Shown here: piece by piece, positions 47,579-56,488 of the stretch
Position numbering within the stretch: the first letter of the stretch is position 1
How the letters are laid out: every line of letters begins with the position of its first letter
DNA from: Bacteroidales bacterium
Lineage (GTDB): Bacteria > Bacteroidota > Bacteroidia > Bacteroidales > GWA2-32-17
Assembly (NCBI GenBank): GCA_026416095.1
Contig: JAOAFV010000028.1
Coordinates: 2,121 to 66,120 of the forward strand
Length of the DNA: 64,000 nt
Direction of reading: 5' to 3'
Made by a program: the position numbers and the translations under genes
Notes under the pieces: model-generated
Seen by the model: only the letters and a program-made list of their open reading frames with translations
Databases searched by the model: none
What the model was told of the DNA's origin: nothing

Positions 47579-50065
47579 TTAATAAGTTATCTTTTCGAGA
47601 ATTTTAAAGTTATAGTCCTTACAATTGTAAATTTTTATACTTACACGGCGATTTAATTTTCTGCCCTCGAATGTCGAGTTGTCAGATACTGGTTGTTCAA
47701 AGGCAACACCATTTATTTTTATTCTCTTTGAGTTAATACCTAATTTAACAAGTTGGTCTTTCACAAATTTTGCTCTCTTTAAGCTTAACATTTTATTATA
47801 CTTATATGTTCCAATACTATCGGTATGACCTGTAAGTTCAAGAATAGCATCTTTATTTTTCTCCATTATTTCAACAATGTTAAGTAAGTTAGTTAAATTG
47901 AATTCTGCTGTGTACCTGTTAAAATCGAAATATACAGGGTAAATAATCTTCTCTATAAAAGTATCTCGTTTTGAAAACCTTACACTTTCTTTTGTTTTTG
48001 CAAGTAAGGAATAATTATACTCGTATTTATTAATTACATCGTCTGCTTTTGTTATGATTATGTTAATATAATTATTGTTCAATGTGTCTATAGTATTTTT
48101 TGTACATAATACATTTTTTGCCGTCTTTTGGTATATAATGTCTTTAATAATATTGCATCTTATTTCATTATATACATTATTATTTACATCTTCAGTTACA
48201 ATTTGAACATTCTTTACTGTATCTTTATTAATTAGATTGCATGCGTACATTAGTTTTCTGTACTCATCTTGTGTTAATTCAATAGAATTACTTTTAAACT
48301 TAATATAAAAATTATTTTGAGTATTTATTGTTTCAATTGAAGATAAAGAAATAGATTTTTCTATTTCTATGCTTTTATTTTCATTTTTAAACACTACTAA
48401 ACTATCGTAAGTGTTTAACTTATTTTCATTTAATGTTATTTCTTTCAAATCAGTTTCGTAAGTTTCGGCTTGTGTTTCAAGGAAAGTATATTTATCAATA
48501 TTAACGTAACCTACCGATGATGTTAAGTCGATAATTTCAGTTTGAGGTATAAATTCATTTCCTTCGTACACAATAAAATATTTCTTACCTGTTTCGAGTA
48601 GAAGTAAATACTTACCACTTTTAGGATATGGCGTATACTGCGATACTAATTCGTGTGAATAGTAATCATAAACAGAAATTTTTACATTTGAAGGTATAGT
48701 ATAATCCTTTAGTGTTATAGTACCCGAAATTACAGCAACGTTCTTTTCAGTTTTATCGGGTAATTTAAAATAGTAAATATCGCTACCACCAACACCATCG
48801 GGATGATCTGTTGAATAATATCCACTTTTACCATCTGGGGCAAAGTTTATAAAAATATCATCACCAGGAGTGTTAAAAGGATACCCTAGATTTACTGGGG
48901 TCGACCAGTTTCCTGTGCTATCGCGTGTTGAAAAAAATATATCGTATCCACCAATACTATTATGGGCTTTACTGCTAAAATAAAGAGTTTTATTATCGTA
49001 ATATATAAAAGGTCCTGCTTCGTCTTCTGGAGTATTTATTATAGGACCTAAGTTTATTGGTTGGCCCCATCTACCTTTTTCATCTTTTCTTGAAATATAG
49101 ATATCAAGCTTACCATAACCGCCAGGCCTATTACTTGTGAAATATAATTCTTTGCCATCGTACGAAATACTAACATGATTTTCGTTGTATTTTGTATTAA
49201 TTGGTAAAGGTTCGGGCATTGTCCATGTATTGTTAATATAGCGACTTACGTATATGTTTCCATTTTTTGGTTTTAAGATGTTACTATCATCAACATAGAG
49301 AAAAAGCTCTGTTCCGTCGGCAGATAACCCTATTGTTGCAATATTTTTTTTCTTAAAATTTTTCCATTCTAAAATAGTTGGTTTAGACCAGTTATTATTT
49401 TTATCGCGTTCACATAAATAAACTTTTTCGTATTTTATTTTACCTTTTTCGTTGGGACGGTTCGACGTGAATAACAATACTTTCTGATCGGCAGAAACTA
49501 CAGGACTATGTTCGTCGTATTTTGAGTTAACATTGTTCCCAATGTTTATAATTTCAACTTTATTTGCATTTTCAAGTATCTTTTGTATATGAAGACAATT
49601 TTCTCTAAGAGTTTGAATATTTTCATTTATTTCTATATTATATTTTTTAATTAAAGTTTCGAATGTATCGAGATATGCTAACGCTTTTTGAGGTTCATAA
49701 TTTAAATGATATGCATAAGAAAGATAATAGTAAGTTTCAATTGGTGCTTCTTTTGAAACTATATTTCCACCATCGCTAAAATAGTTGATGTTTTTCTTTG
49801 CTTTTTCAAGATGTTTAATTGCTTTAACTTTTTCGTATGGCGGTAATTGTAAATAGCAATATCCAATTTTAAAATTAATATTTGCATTATCGGGGTCATC
49901 TTTAAGTAAATTTTCGTATAATGAAATAGCTTCTTTAAAATTTCCTTTTTCTATTAAATACTCAGCATTATATAATAAATTTAAATATTCTTTATTTGTT
50001 TTAATCTGAGCACTTGAAAAAATAATACAACTTAAAAAAACTATTATGAATATGTGTTTTTTCAT
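47579..50065 (-). CDS. OmpA-family protein with TPR and PD40 (TolB-like) repeats
   Basis: Signal peptide MKKHIFIIVFLSCIIFSSAQ (ATG 50065; the track TTG is 50071). TPR-like helices. PD40 repeats (VLLFTSNRPNEKG, ELYFTSNRPGGYGKLDIY, TLYFSSKAHNSIGGYDIF, SGYYSTDHPDGVGGSDIY). C-terminal OmpA domain LTGHTDSIGTYKYNKMLSLKRA...NRRVSIKI. Confidence 0.88.
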   Translation of the reverse strand: MKKHIFIIVFLSCIIFSSAQIKTNKEYLNLLYNAEYLIEKGNFKEAISLYENLLKDDPDNANINFKIGYCYLQLPPYEKVKAIKHLEKAKKNINYFSDGGNIVSKEAPIETYYYLSYAYHLNYEPQKALAYLDTFETLIKKYNIEINENIQTLRENCLHIQKILENANKVEIINIGNNVNSKYDEHSPVVSADQKVLLFTSNRPNEKGKIKYEKVYLCERDKNNNWSKPTILEWKNFKKKNIATIGLSADGTELFLYVDDSNILKPKNGNIYVSRYINNTWTMPEPLPINTKYNENHVSISYDGKELYFTSNRPGGYGKLDIYISRKDEKGRWGQPINLGPIINTPEDEAGPFIYYDNKTLYFSSKAHNSIGGYDIFFSTRDSTGNWSTPVNLGYPFNTPGDDIFINFAPDGKSGYYSTDHPDGVGGSDIYYFKLPDKTEKNVAVISGTITLKDYTIPSNVKISVYDYYSHELVSQYTPYPKSGKYLLLLETGKKYFIVYEGNEFIPQTEIIDLTSSVGYVNIDKYTFLETQAETYETDLKEITLNENKLNTYDSLVVFKNENKSIEIEKSISLSSIETINTQNNFYIKFKSNSIELTQDEYRKLMYACNLINKDTVKNVQIVTEDVNNNVYNEIRCNIIKDIIYQKTAKNVLCTKNTIDTLNNNYINIIITKADDVINKYEYNYSLLAKTKESVRFSKRDTFIEKIIYPVYFDFNRYTAEFNLTNLLNIVEIMEKNKDAILELTGHTDSIGTYKYNKMLSLKRAKFVKDQLVKLGINSKRIKINGVAFEQPVSDNSTFEGRKLNRRVSIKIYNCKDYNFKILEKITY

Positions 50066-50104
50066 TTTCAATTCTTTATACGTTTAAAAATAAAATTTTG
50101 TTCA

Positions 50105-50896
50105 TTAAGGGCTATAATAATTTTGAAAATATAATATTACCTTCCCTACTAAGATTTCTGCCTCGACGTAAATGGGAATTCTCTGATTATTTGTTAATAC
50201 ATATACGTCGGCAGCTTCGCCTCCTTTGAATATTGTACCTTCAACTACTTTTACCTTTAGATGGTAAGTAGAATATTCTTTTTCCTTAACTTTAATTTGC
50301 TCTTTTCTAAGAAATCGAACATAAAGATTTTCCCATTTATTGTCGATTATTACTGTAATAGGAATTATTTGGTTTTCTTTGAGACTATCGAACGAAATAT
50401 TTCTAAAAGCATATATTGCTGTTAAGAGATCATATCCACACTTATGCAATGTAATAGTATCATAAGTTAATTTTTTGTTTGAGTTATGTATAATCGAATA
50501 AACTTTGTTTTTATTATGAATGAATTTATATTCTTCTTTAGCAAAATAACTCCCTTCTATTGAATTTCTTTTATAATATACTGGTATTAAAGGATTACAA
50601 TGAGAATAAGCAACATAATTTTCGCGAACCTTAAAAATCCAATCATAAGAAGGGTTACTGGAACCTGTGCTCTCGTATTTATAATAGGGTATGTTATTAA
50701 TAATAATACAATCGACCGAAAATGTTACATAACCTGCATTTATGGTTATAAAACCAAGTTTATAAGTAACCACATATTCAAACCTTTCTTTGCTTTTGAA
50801 AACTTTATTTTTGTAATAACATTGTGAATAGTTAATACCCTCAAAAAAGATCAATAAGGAAAAAAAGATTATAATTTTTAAAACTAACTTTAACAA
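50105..50896 (-). CDS. DUF3108-like secreted protein
   Basis: Signal-like N-terminus. GERFEYVVTYKLGFITINAGYVTFSV-type opening and size match my memory of the DUF3108 family. TTG start. Confidence 0.65.
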   Translation of the reverse strand: MLKLVLKIIIFFSLLIFFEGINYSQCYYKNKVFKSKERFEYVVTYKLGFITINAGYVTFSVDCIIINNIPYYKYESTGSSNPSYDWIFKVRENYVAYSHCNPLIPVYYKRNSIEGSYFAKEEYKFIHNKNKVYSIIHNSNKKLTYDTITLHKCGYDLLTAIYAFRNISFDSLKENQIIPITVIIDNKWENLYVRFLRKEQIKVKEKEYSTYHLKVKVVEGTIFKGGEAADVYVLTNNQRIPIYVEAEILVGKVILYFQNYYSP

Positions 50897-51201
50897 TTTA
50901 TGTCACCTATTTTATTTTTAATTGAAGCAATTTTACCTTCGAGACGTTTATTTTTGTTTTTTCTTATATCAAATTTTATATTACAATAAACCCTATTACA
51001 ATCGGTAGAAAGAGTTTTATAAGCTTCAGAAACTATTTTAAGAGCTTCATCTATTGTTTCGGTTTCCACTATTGTTCCCATTGCAGTTAGTTTATAATCA
51101 TACTTATTTTCTCTTATTAGCTTAATAATTCTACTTACATATTCAGATACACTTTCACCTTTATCGGTTGGGAACATTGCAAATTCCATTAATACCGACA
51201 T
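50890..51201 (-). CDS. MTH1187/YkoF-family (UPF0045) thiamine-binding-like protein
   Basis: MSVLMEFAMFPTDKGESVSEYVSRIIKLI....YKLTAMGTIVETETIDEALKIV. About 100 aa ferredoxin-like fold family. Confidence 0.82.
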   Translation of the reverse strand: MSVLMEFAMFPTDKGESVSEYVSRIIKLIRENKYDYKLTAMGTIVETETIDEALKIVSEAYKTLSTDCNRVYCNIKFDIRKNKNKRLEGKIASIKNKIGDINC

Positions 51202-51203
51202 AA

Positions 51204-51521
51204 CTATATATGTTTTTTAATTTTTTCCAATAAATCATTTTTTGATATGGCTCCAACTTGTTTATCTATTACTTGGTTATCTTTTATAAAAATAAGGGTG
51301 GGTATATTTCTTATTCCATATTTTTTAATAAGTTCTGGTTCTTCGTCTACATTAACCTTACCTATTATTACATCATTTTCAATACTCGCTGCTATTTCTT
51401 CTATTACTTTTGTTAATATTTTGCACGGATTACACCATTCTGCCCAGAAATCTAAAATTATTAATTTGTTTTCATTTTTTAAAATACTTTCAATGTTATT
51501 ATCTTTTACTTCAAGTATCAT
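51204..51521 (-). CDS. trxA: thioredoxin
   Basis: Active site WAEWCNPCK, with PTLIFIKDNQ downstream. Start set to ATG 51521 (MILEVKDNN), giving about 105 aa. The track ORF extends to 51569. Confidence 0.9.
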   Translation of the reverse strand: MILEVKDNNIESILKNENKLIILDFWAEWCNPCKILTKVIEEIAASIENDVIIGKVNVDEEPELIKKYGIRNIPTLIFIKDNQVIDKQVGAISKNDLLEKIKKHI

Positions 51522-51597
51522 AAAATTTTTTTCAAATATAATAGGTGTTTTTTGAAAAAAAAATAACAATTTTATTTTTAATTATAAATAATCACCC

Positions 51598-51605
51598 TAG
51601 TTTTG
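51598..51605 (+). promoter_or_regulatory. -7 element TAGTTTTG, only 10 nt upstream of ATG 51616 (tlpA-like)
   Basis: Exact TAnnTTTG match. Confidence 0.4.
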
Positions 51606-51615
51606 CAAAAAAAAA

Positions 51616-52128
51616 ATGATGAAGATACTTCAAGTGGCTATTCTGTTTTTCTTTAAAATTAATTTTCTTTTATATTCACAGAATAAAGTTGCAATACCCG
51701 ACTTAGAACTAAAAACAATTGACGGAAAAGTTTTTAATGTAGCACTTATTAATAAATATAATAAAATAGTAATTCTTGATTTTTGGGCTACCTGGTGTAA
51801 GCCTTGTATACTGGAATTAAATGCCATTTCAGAAGTATATGAAGAATGGAAAAAGGAGTTTAATGTTGAATTAATTGCAGTTTCGGTCGACGATAGTAAA
51901 AGTGTTGGAAGAGTATTACCTTTTGTTAAATCTAAAGGCTGGAATTTTACAGTTTTGTACGATACAAATGGCGATTTTAAAAGAATTATGAACGTTATTA
52001 ATATTCCTCATTTGTTTATAATTGATGGTAATGGTAATATAGTTTATCAGCATACTACTTATAGCGAAGGAGTTGAAAATGAAATTTATAGAGTGCTAAA
52101 AAAAATAAAAGAGAAATCTAATAATTAA
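51616..52128 (+). CDS. TlpA-family periplasmic thiol:disulfide oxidoreductase
   Basis: Signal peptide, then DFWATWCKPC active site and redoxin fold (ELIAVSVDD, IPHLFIIDGNGNIV). Confidence 0.88.
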   Translation: MMKILQVAILFFFKINFLLYSQNKVAIPDLELKTIDGKVFNVALINKYNKIVILDFWATWCKPCILELNAISEVYEEWKKEFNVELIAVSVDDSKSVGRVLPFVKSKGWNFTVLYDTNGDFKRIMNVINIPHLFIIDGNGNIVYQHTTYSEGVENEIYRVLKKIKEKSNN

Positions 52129-52129
52129 A

Positions 52130-52702
52130 CTAAAAAGAATATAAATTGTGTTCTTTTATATAACTATAAACAGCATCAGGTAAAAAGCATATTAAGTTTT
52201 TACCCTGTTTTAAAGCATTTCTAATGAACGATGAAGATATTTCTATTTTTGGAGCATTAAGCAGCTCTACATTTCTATGCGTTATACTTACATTATAATT
52301 AACGCGAGGATATACAAGTATTCTACATTTATCCACTATTTCGTTATACTTGTACCATTTATCAAAGTTTAAGTAATTATCACTACCCATAATAATAAAG
52401 AATTCATTATATATGTATAATTCTTGTAATTTATTTATGGTGTTAATTGTATATGAAGGTTTTGGAAGTTCAAATTCAACATCACTTTCTTTTATAAAAG
52501 GTATGTTTTCGATAGCAAGTTTTACCATATTTAGTCTGTGATATTCGCTACATAATTCTAAATAATCTTTATGCGGATTATGAGGGGTTATAATAAACCA
52601 TATTTCATCTAAGCATGAAAACTCTTTAATATAGTTAGCTATCATTAAGTGCCCATAATGCACAGGATTGAAACTACCAAATAATAAACCAATTTTTTTC
52701 AT
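52130..52702 (-). CDS. nadD: nicotinate-nucleotide adenylyltransferase
   Basis: GLLFGSFNPVHYGHL (HxGH), ISSSFIR. 190 aa. Confidence 0.93.
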   Translation of the reverse strand: MKKIGLLFGSFNPVHYGHLMIANYIKEFSCLDEIWFIITPHNPHKDYLELCSEYHRLNMVKLAIENIPFIKESDVEFELPKPSYTINTINKLQELYIYNEFFIIMGSDNYLNFDKWYKYNEIVDKCRILVYPRVNYNVSITHRNVELLNAPKIEISSSFIRNALKQGKNLICFLPDAVYSYIKEHNLYSF

Positions 52703-52763
52703 TCTAAACCAATAAATAGCAAATACAAATATAATGGTTTTATTTTTTAAGTTTTTAATTTTA

Positions 52764-52771
52764 TAAATTTG
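52764..52771 (+). promoter_or_regulatory. -7 element TAAATTTG, 23 nt upstream of ATG 52795 (TonB-dependent receptor)
   Basis: Exact TAnnTTTG match. Confidence 0.45.
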
Positions 52772-52794
52772 TACTTAATATCATATCATGAATA

Positions 52795-54699
52795 ATGAAG
52801 AAGGCAGCTTTCGTGTTAATTTGGTTTTATAATAATTTGTTTTCTCAAAACGACACCATAAAACTACAAGAAATAAGTATAATTTCTTCAAAAATTAAAG
52901 AAAAAATTTTATCTATAAATTCATATTATCGGATAATTACAAGTAATGAAATAAATAATTTACCTTATAATAGCATAAATGAAATTATTGAGCATATAAG
53001 TAGCATTGATGTACGTCAGCGTGGTATAAATGGTGTACAGGCCGACATTAGCTATAGGGGTAGTAGTTATGAGCAAATATTAATATTAATAGATGGTTCT
53101 CCTGTCAACGATGCACAAACAGGTCATCATAATGCTAATATTCCTATACCTCTTGAAAATATTGAGTATATTGAAATATTTAGTGGCAGTTCAGCATATT
53201 TATATGGTAATTCGGCTTATGCAGCAGTAATTAACATAGTTACAAAGAATATTATAAAAAATTCTTTTTATTTTAACACCGAAGCAGGCGATTATAAATA
53301 CTTAAAACAATTTGTTAATGTTAATTATAGATATAAAAACCTTATTGAAAATATAAGTCTTAATTATAAGAAGTCAAACGGCTGTTATAAAAATACCGAT
53401 TTTACAATAAAACAGTTTTATTGGAAACAAAATTACATAAAAAATAATTATTCAATTTCTATGTTAAATTCTTTCGAAAATAAAGAGTTTGGAGCTTTTA
53501 ATTATTATACTTATAAGTATCCTTATCAATTCGAAAAGTTATATACATTATTCTCTAAAATAGCTTGTAATTATATAGTAAATAAAGTAAATTTATCGAC
53601 ATCTATAAACTACAGGTTCTCACAAGATAGATTTGAATTATTTAGAGAAAATTTCTCTAACATTGTTATTCCTTCTTTTTATAAAAACCATAATTTTCAT
53701 CAATCTCACTCCTCTAATTTTAATATGTTGTTGAATTATAAATTTAAAGTAGGTGAACTAAAAAATTCGTTTAATTATTACAACAACATTTTATTTAGTA
53801 ATGTATTAGGTTCTTTCATTAACGACACTTTATATTCTTTCCTTGATAAGGATGCTTTTTATAACAAAAGAGCTAAAAGAACTCATTACACTCTAAGCAG
53901 TAGTTTTCAATATTTTACAAAAAAAATTGAAGTAGGTTCGGGTTTAATTTTCATTTATTTAATGAATAAGTTAAAAATTTACCCTTCGGCCGATTTATCC
54001 TATAAGATTACACCAAACACAAAAGTTTGTTTTAATTATTCATATTCGTATAGGTTACCAACCTATACTGAGCTATATTATATTGACCCGTCTCATTATG
54101 GTAACAGTCATTTAAAACCCGAGAATAGCAATAACATTGAATTAGGGTTAAAATCGATATACACACAAGTCGAATTTAATTTGTTTTTCTTTTATAATAA
54201 GTCTGAAAATTCCATAGATTGGGTTAAAAACAACTTAAATGAAAAATGGCATACCGAAAACATTTTAAAATTAATTCGTTCTGGATTATGTATAGATTTT
54301 AATTATTCGTTAAGTGGGATTTGTAAAAAAGTTAATATTGGATACATTTACAATAAAATCAAATCTTATACTTCGTATCATTATTCAAAGTATATTTGTG
54401 ATATACCTCGAAACAAATTAAGTTTTTCTATGGATTTTATGCCAATAAAGAAGGTTACTTTTAATATCACTTCCAATTATATTGACCGTCAAGGTCAGTA
54501 TGTTGATCCATTTACAGGAACACAAAAAAATTATGCTAATTATTTAACCATAGATTCATATTTAGGTTATTCAATTTATGATAAAATTTCTATTTATATA
54601 ACGATAATTAACGTTTTAAACACAAAATATTTTGAATATTCAGGTGTAGCCGGACCTAAACGGTGGTTTTTAATTGGTTTTAAAGGAGAATTAAAATAA
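52795..54699 (+). CDS. TonB-dependent receptor
   Basis: Plug domain (DVRQRGINGVQADISYRGSSYEQILILIDGSPVND; IEIFSGSSAYLYGNSAYAAVINIVTK) followed by a long Tyr/Asn-rich beta-barrel. 634 aa. Confidence 0.88.
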   Translation: MKKAAFVLIWFYNNLFSQNDTIKLQEISIISSKIKEKILSINSYYRIITSNEINNLPYNSINEIIEHISSIDVRQRGINGVQADISYRGSSYEQILILIDGSPVNDAQTGHHNANIPIPLENIEYIEIFSGSSAYLYGNSAYAAVINIVTKNIIKNSFYFNTEAGDYKYLKQFVNVNYRYKNLIENISLNYKKSNGCYKNTDFTIKQFYWKQNYIKNNYSISMLNSFENKEFGAFNYYTYKYPYQFEKLYTLFSKIACNYIVNKVNLSTSINYRFSQDRFELFRENFSNIVIPSFYKNHNFHQSHSSNFNMLLNYKFKVGELKNSFNYYNNILFSNVLGSFINDTLYSFLDKDAFYNKRAKRTHYTLSSSFQYFTKKIEVGSGLIFIYLMNKLKIYPSADLSYKITPNTKVCFNYSYSYRLPTYTELYYIDPSHYGNSHLKPENSNNIELGLKSIYTQVEFNLFFFYNKSENSIDWVKNNLNEKWHTENILKLIRSGLCIDFNYSLSGICKKVNIGYIYNKIKSYTSYHYSKYICDIPRNKLSFSMDFMPIKKVTFNITSNYIDRQGQYVDPFTGTQKNYANYLTIDSYLGYSIYDKISIYITIINVLNTKYFEYSGVAGPKRWFLIGFKGELK

Positions 54700-54763
54700 T
54701 TTTATTTATTTTCACTACAAAATTGCTTTAAAACAAATATTTAAATGATTTTAATCAACATAT

Positions 54764-54771
54764 TAAATTTG
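54764..54771 (+). promoter_or_regulatory. -7 element TAAATTTG upstream of the hydrogenase operon
   Basis: Exact TAnnTTTG match, 37 nt before the mini-uORF ATG (54809) and 51 nt before the hydC ATG. Confidence 0.4.
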
Positions 54772-54822
54772 GTTCTTAAATTATTTTGTAAATAATTAAT
54801 TACTCATTATGAATGAAGCATT

Positions 54823-55287
54823 ATGAATGAGATTGAAAATATAGTAAAAGAAATGTTTAAAAAATACGGTAAAAGCCGAACAGCACTTATTCCTGTGTTG
54901 CAGTCTATAATAAGAAAAAAACGTTTTTTAAGCGATGAAGACATTGTTGAAGTTGCTAAATTATTTGATTTATCAAGTGCCGAAGTTTATGGTGTTGCTT
55001 CATTTTATTCGTTTCTTGATATAAAGCCTCGTGGTAAATATGTGATTAGAATTTGTAAAACAATTAGTTGTGAAATGAAGGGTTCGAAAGAAATTATAGA
55101 AAGCATTAAAAAGATGCTTAAAATAAACTTAAACGAAACAACCAAAGATAATAAATTCTCATTATTAACTACTAATTGTCTTGGATGGTGTCATAAAGGA
55201 CCAGCAATGCTGATAAATGAAGATGTTTACTACGATTTAACTCCAGAAAAAGTTGCAGAAATAATTGAATTTTACAAAAATAAATAA
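54823..55287 (+). CDS. hydC: NuoE-like [2Fe-2S] subunit of a HydABC-type hydrogenase
   Basis: Thioredoxin-like [2Fe-2S] motif C-x4-C ... C-x3-C (RICKTISCEMKG ... TNCLGWCHKGP). 154 aa. First gene of the three-gene cluster. Confidence 0.9.
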   Translation: MNEIENIVKEMFKKYGKSRTALIPVLQSIIRKKRFLSDEDIVEVAKLFDLSSAEVYGVASFYSFLDIKPRGKYVIRICKTISCEMKGSKEIIESIKKMLKINLNETTKDNKFSLLTTNCLGWCHKGPAMLINEDVYYDLTPEKVAEIIEFYKNK

Positions 55288-55301
55288 GTTAACAAAAGTG
55301 T

Positions 55302-56471
55302 ATGAAAAGTGATAAAGTCATAAATAAAGTTGATTTAATATTTCGAAAATCAGAGAGCGACGAAATTAGTGTTATTAAACGAGTTTTAGAAAAAAAACCT
55401 ATAGATATAATCAATAATATTATTGATTCTGGTTTAAGGGGGCGAGGTGGAGCAGGTTTTCCAACTGGTTTAAAATGGAAACTCGCCTACGAACAAAACT
55501 CTACAGTAAAATATGTAATATGCAATGCCGATGAAGGAGAACCAGGAACTTTTAAAGACAGAGAAATTTTAGATGTGGTACCTCAAAAAGTATTGGCTGG
55601 TATGGCAATTTGTGCTTATTGCATCGGAGCTAAAAAAGGTTATATATATTTACGTGGTGAATACTTTTTTCTTGCTAATAAACTTGAAGAAATTATTGAG
55701 AATTTTAATCAAAAACTTAAAACAATTGGATTAGATTTTGAAATACAATTATACCTTGGCAGTGGAGCATATGTGTGTGGAGAAGAAACTGCATTGTTTG
55801 AAAGCTTAGAAGGCAAACGTGGTGAACCCCGTAACAAACCACCTTTCCCAACATCTGTAGGTTTTTTGAATAAACCAACAGTAATTAATAATGTTGAAAC
55901 TTTAGTTTATGCTTATATTATAACCGATATTGGACCTAATGAATTCAAAAAGTATGGCACAAAAGATTCTCGTGGCTCAAAAGTCTTTTCGATTTCTGGC
56001 GACACTCCCAAGCCTGGAATTTACGAGCTTGAGCTTGGAATGACTGTTGAAGATTTTGTAAAAGAATTTGGCGATGGTGACACAAAAGCCGTACAAATTG
56101 GTGGTTGTTCTGGTAAATGTGTTCCTCGTAAGGATTTTGCTACTACAATAATAGGTTTTGAAGGAATACCTACAGGCGGCTCTATGATGCTTTTTAATAG
56201 CTCACGTTCCATGTATAACGTTTTACATAACTTTCTTGAATTTTTTTGCGAAGAGTCGTGTGGTCAATGTACGCCATGTAGAGTTGGCTATCAGCAATTA
56301 TTAAAAGGTATTGAAGCTGTTAAAAAAGGCGAAAGACCAGCTTCTTACTTAGAAGAATTGAAAAAGCTTGCTCTTACAATGAAAGTTTCGTCAAAGTGTG
56401 GATTAGGGCAATCGGCAGCAAACCCATTTATTTCAATTGTCGATAATTTCAAAGAAGAAATGATTTATTAA
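55302..56471 (+). CDS. hydB: NuoF-like FMN/NAD(P)H-binding subunit of a HydABC-type hydrogenase (minimal form)
   Basis: GLRGRGGAGFPTGLKW, CNADEGEPGTFKDR, and the [4Fe-4S] motif ESCGQCTPCR...SKCGLG. Only 389 aa, with no flanking ferredoxin-like Cys clusters. Confidence 0.9.
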   Translation: MKSDKVINKVDLIFRKSESDEISVIKRVLEKKPIDIINNIIDSGLRGRGGAGFPTGLKWKLAYEQNSTVKYVICNADEGEPGTFKDREILDVVPQKVLAGMAICAYCIGAKKGYIYLRGEYFFLANKLEEIIENFNQKLKTIGLDFEIQLYLGSGAYVCGEETALFESLEGKRGEPRNKPPFPTSVGFLNKPTVINNVETLVYAYIITDIGPNEFKKYGTKDSRGSKVFSISGDTPKPGIYELELGMTVEDFVKEFGDGDTKAVQIGGCSGKCVPRKDFATTIIGFEGIPTGGSMMLFNSSRSMYNVLHNFLEFFCEESCGQCTPCRVGYQQLLKGIEAVKKGERPASYLEELKKLALTMKVSSKCGLGQSAANPFISIVDNFKEEMIY

Positions 56472-56488
56472 TAAAAGGTTAGACAATT

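Noticed and set aside
52703-52794. Riboswitches upstream of the TonB-dependent receptor (cobalamin), of ribH (FMN, near 19959..20015) and of the YkoF-like gene (TPP).
   Set aside because: The upstream regions are too short (4-92 nt) and too AT-rich to hold these conserved GC-containing structured elements. The YkoF-like and ribH genes have essentially no upstream spacer.
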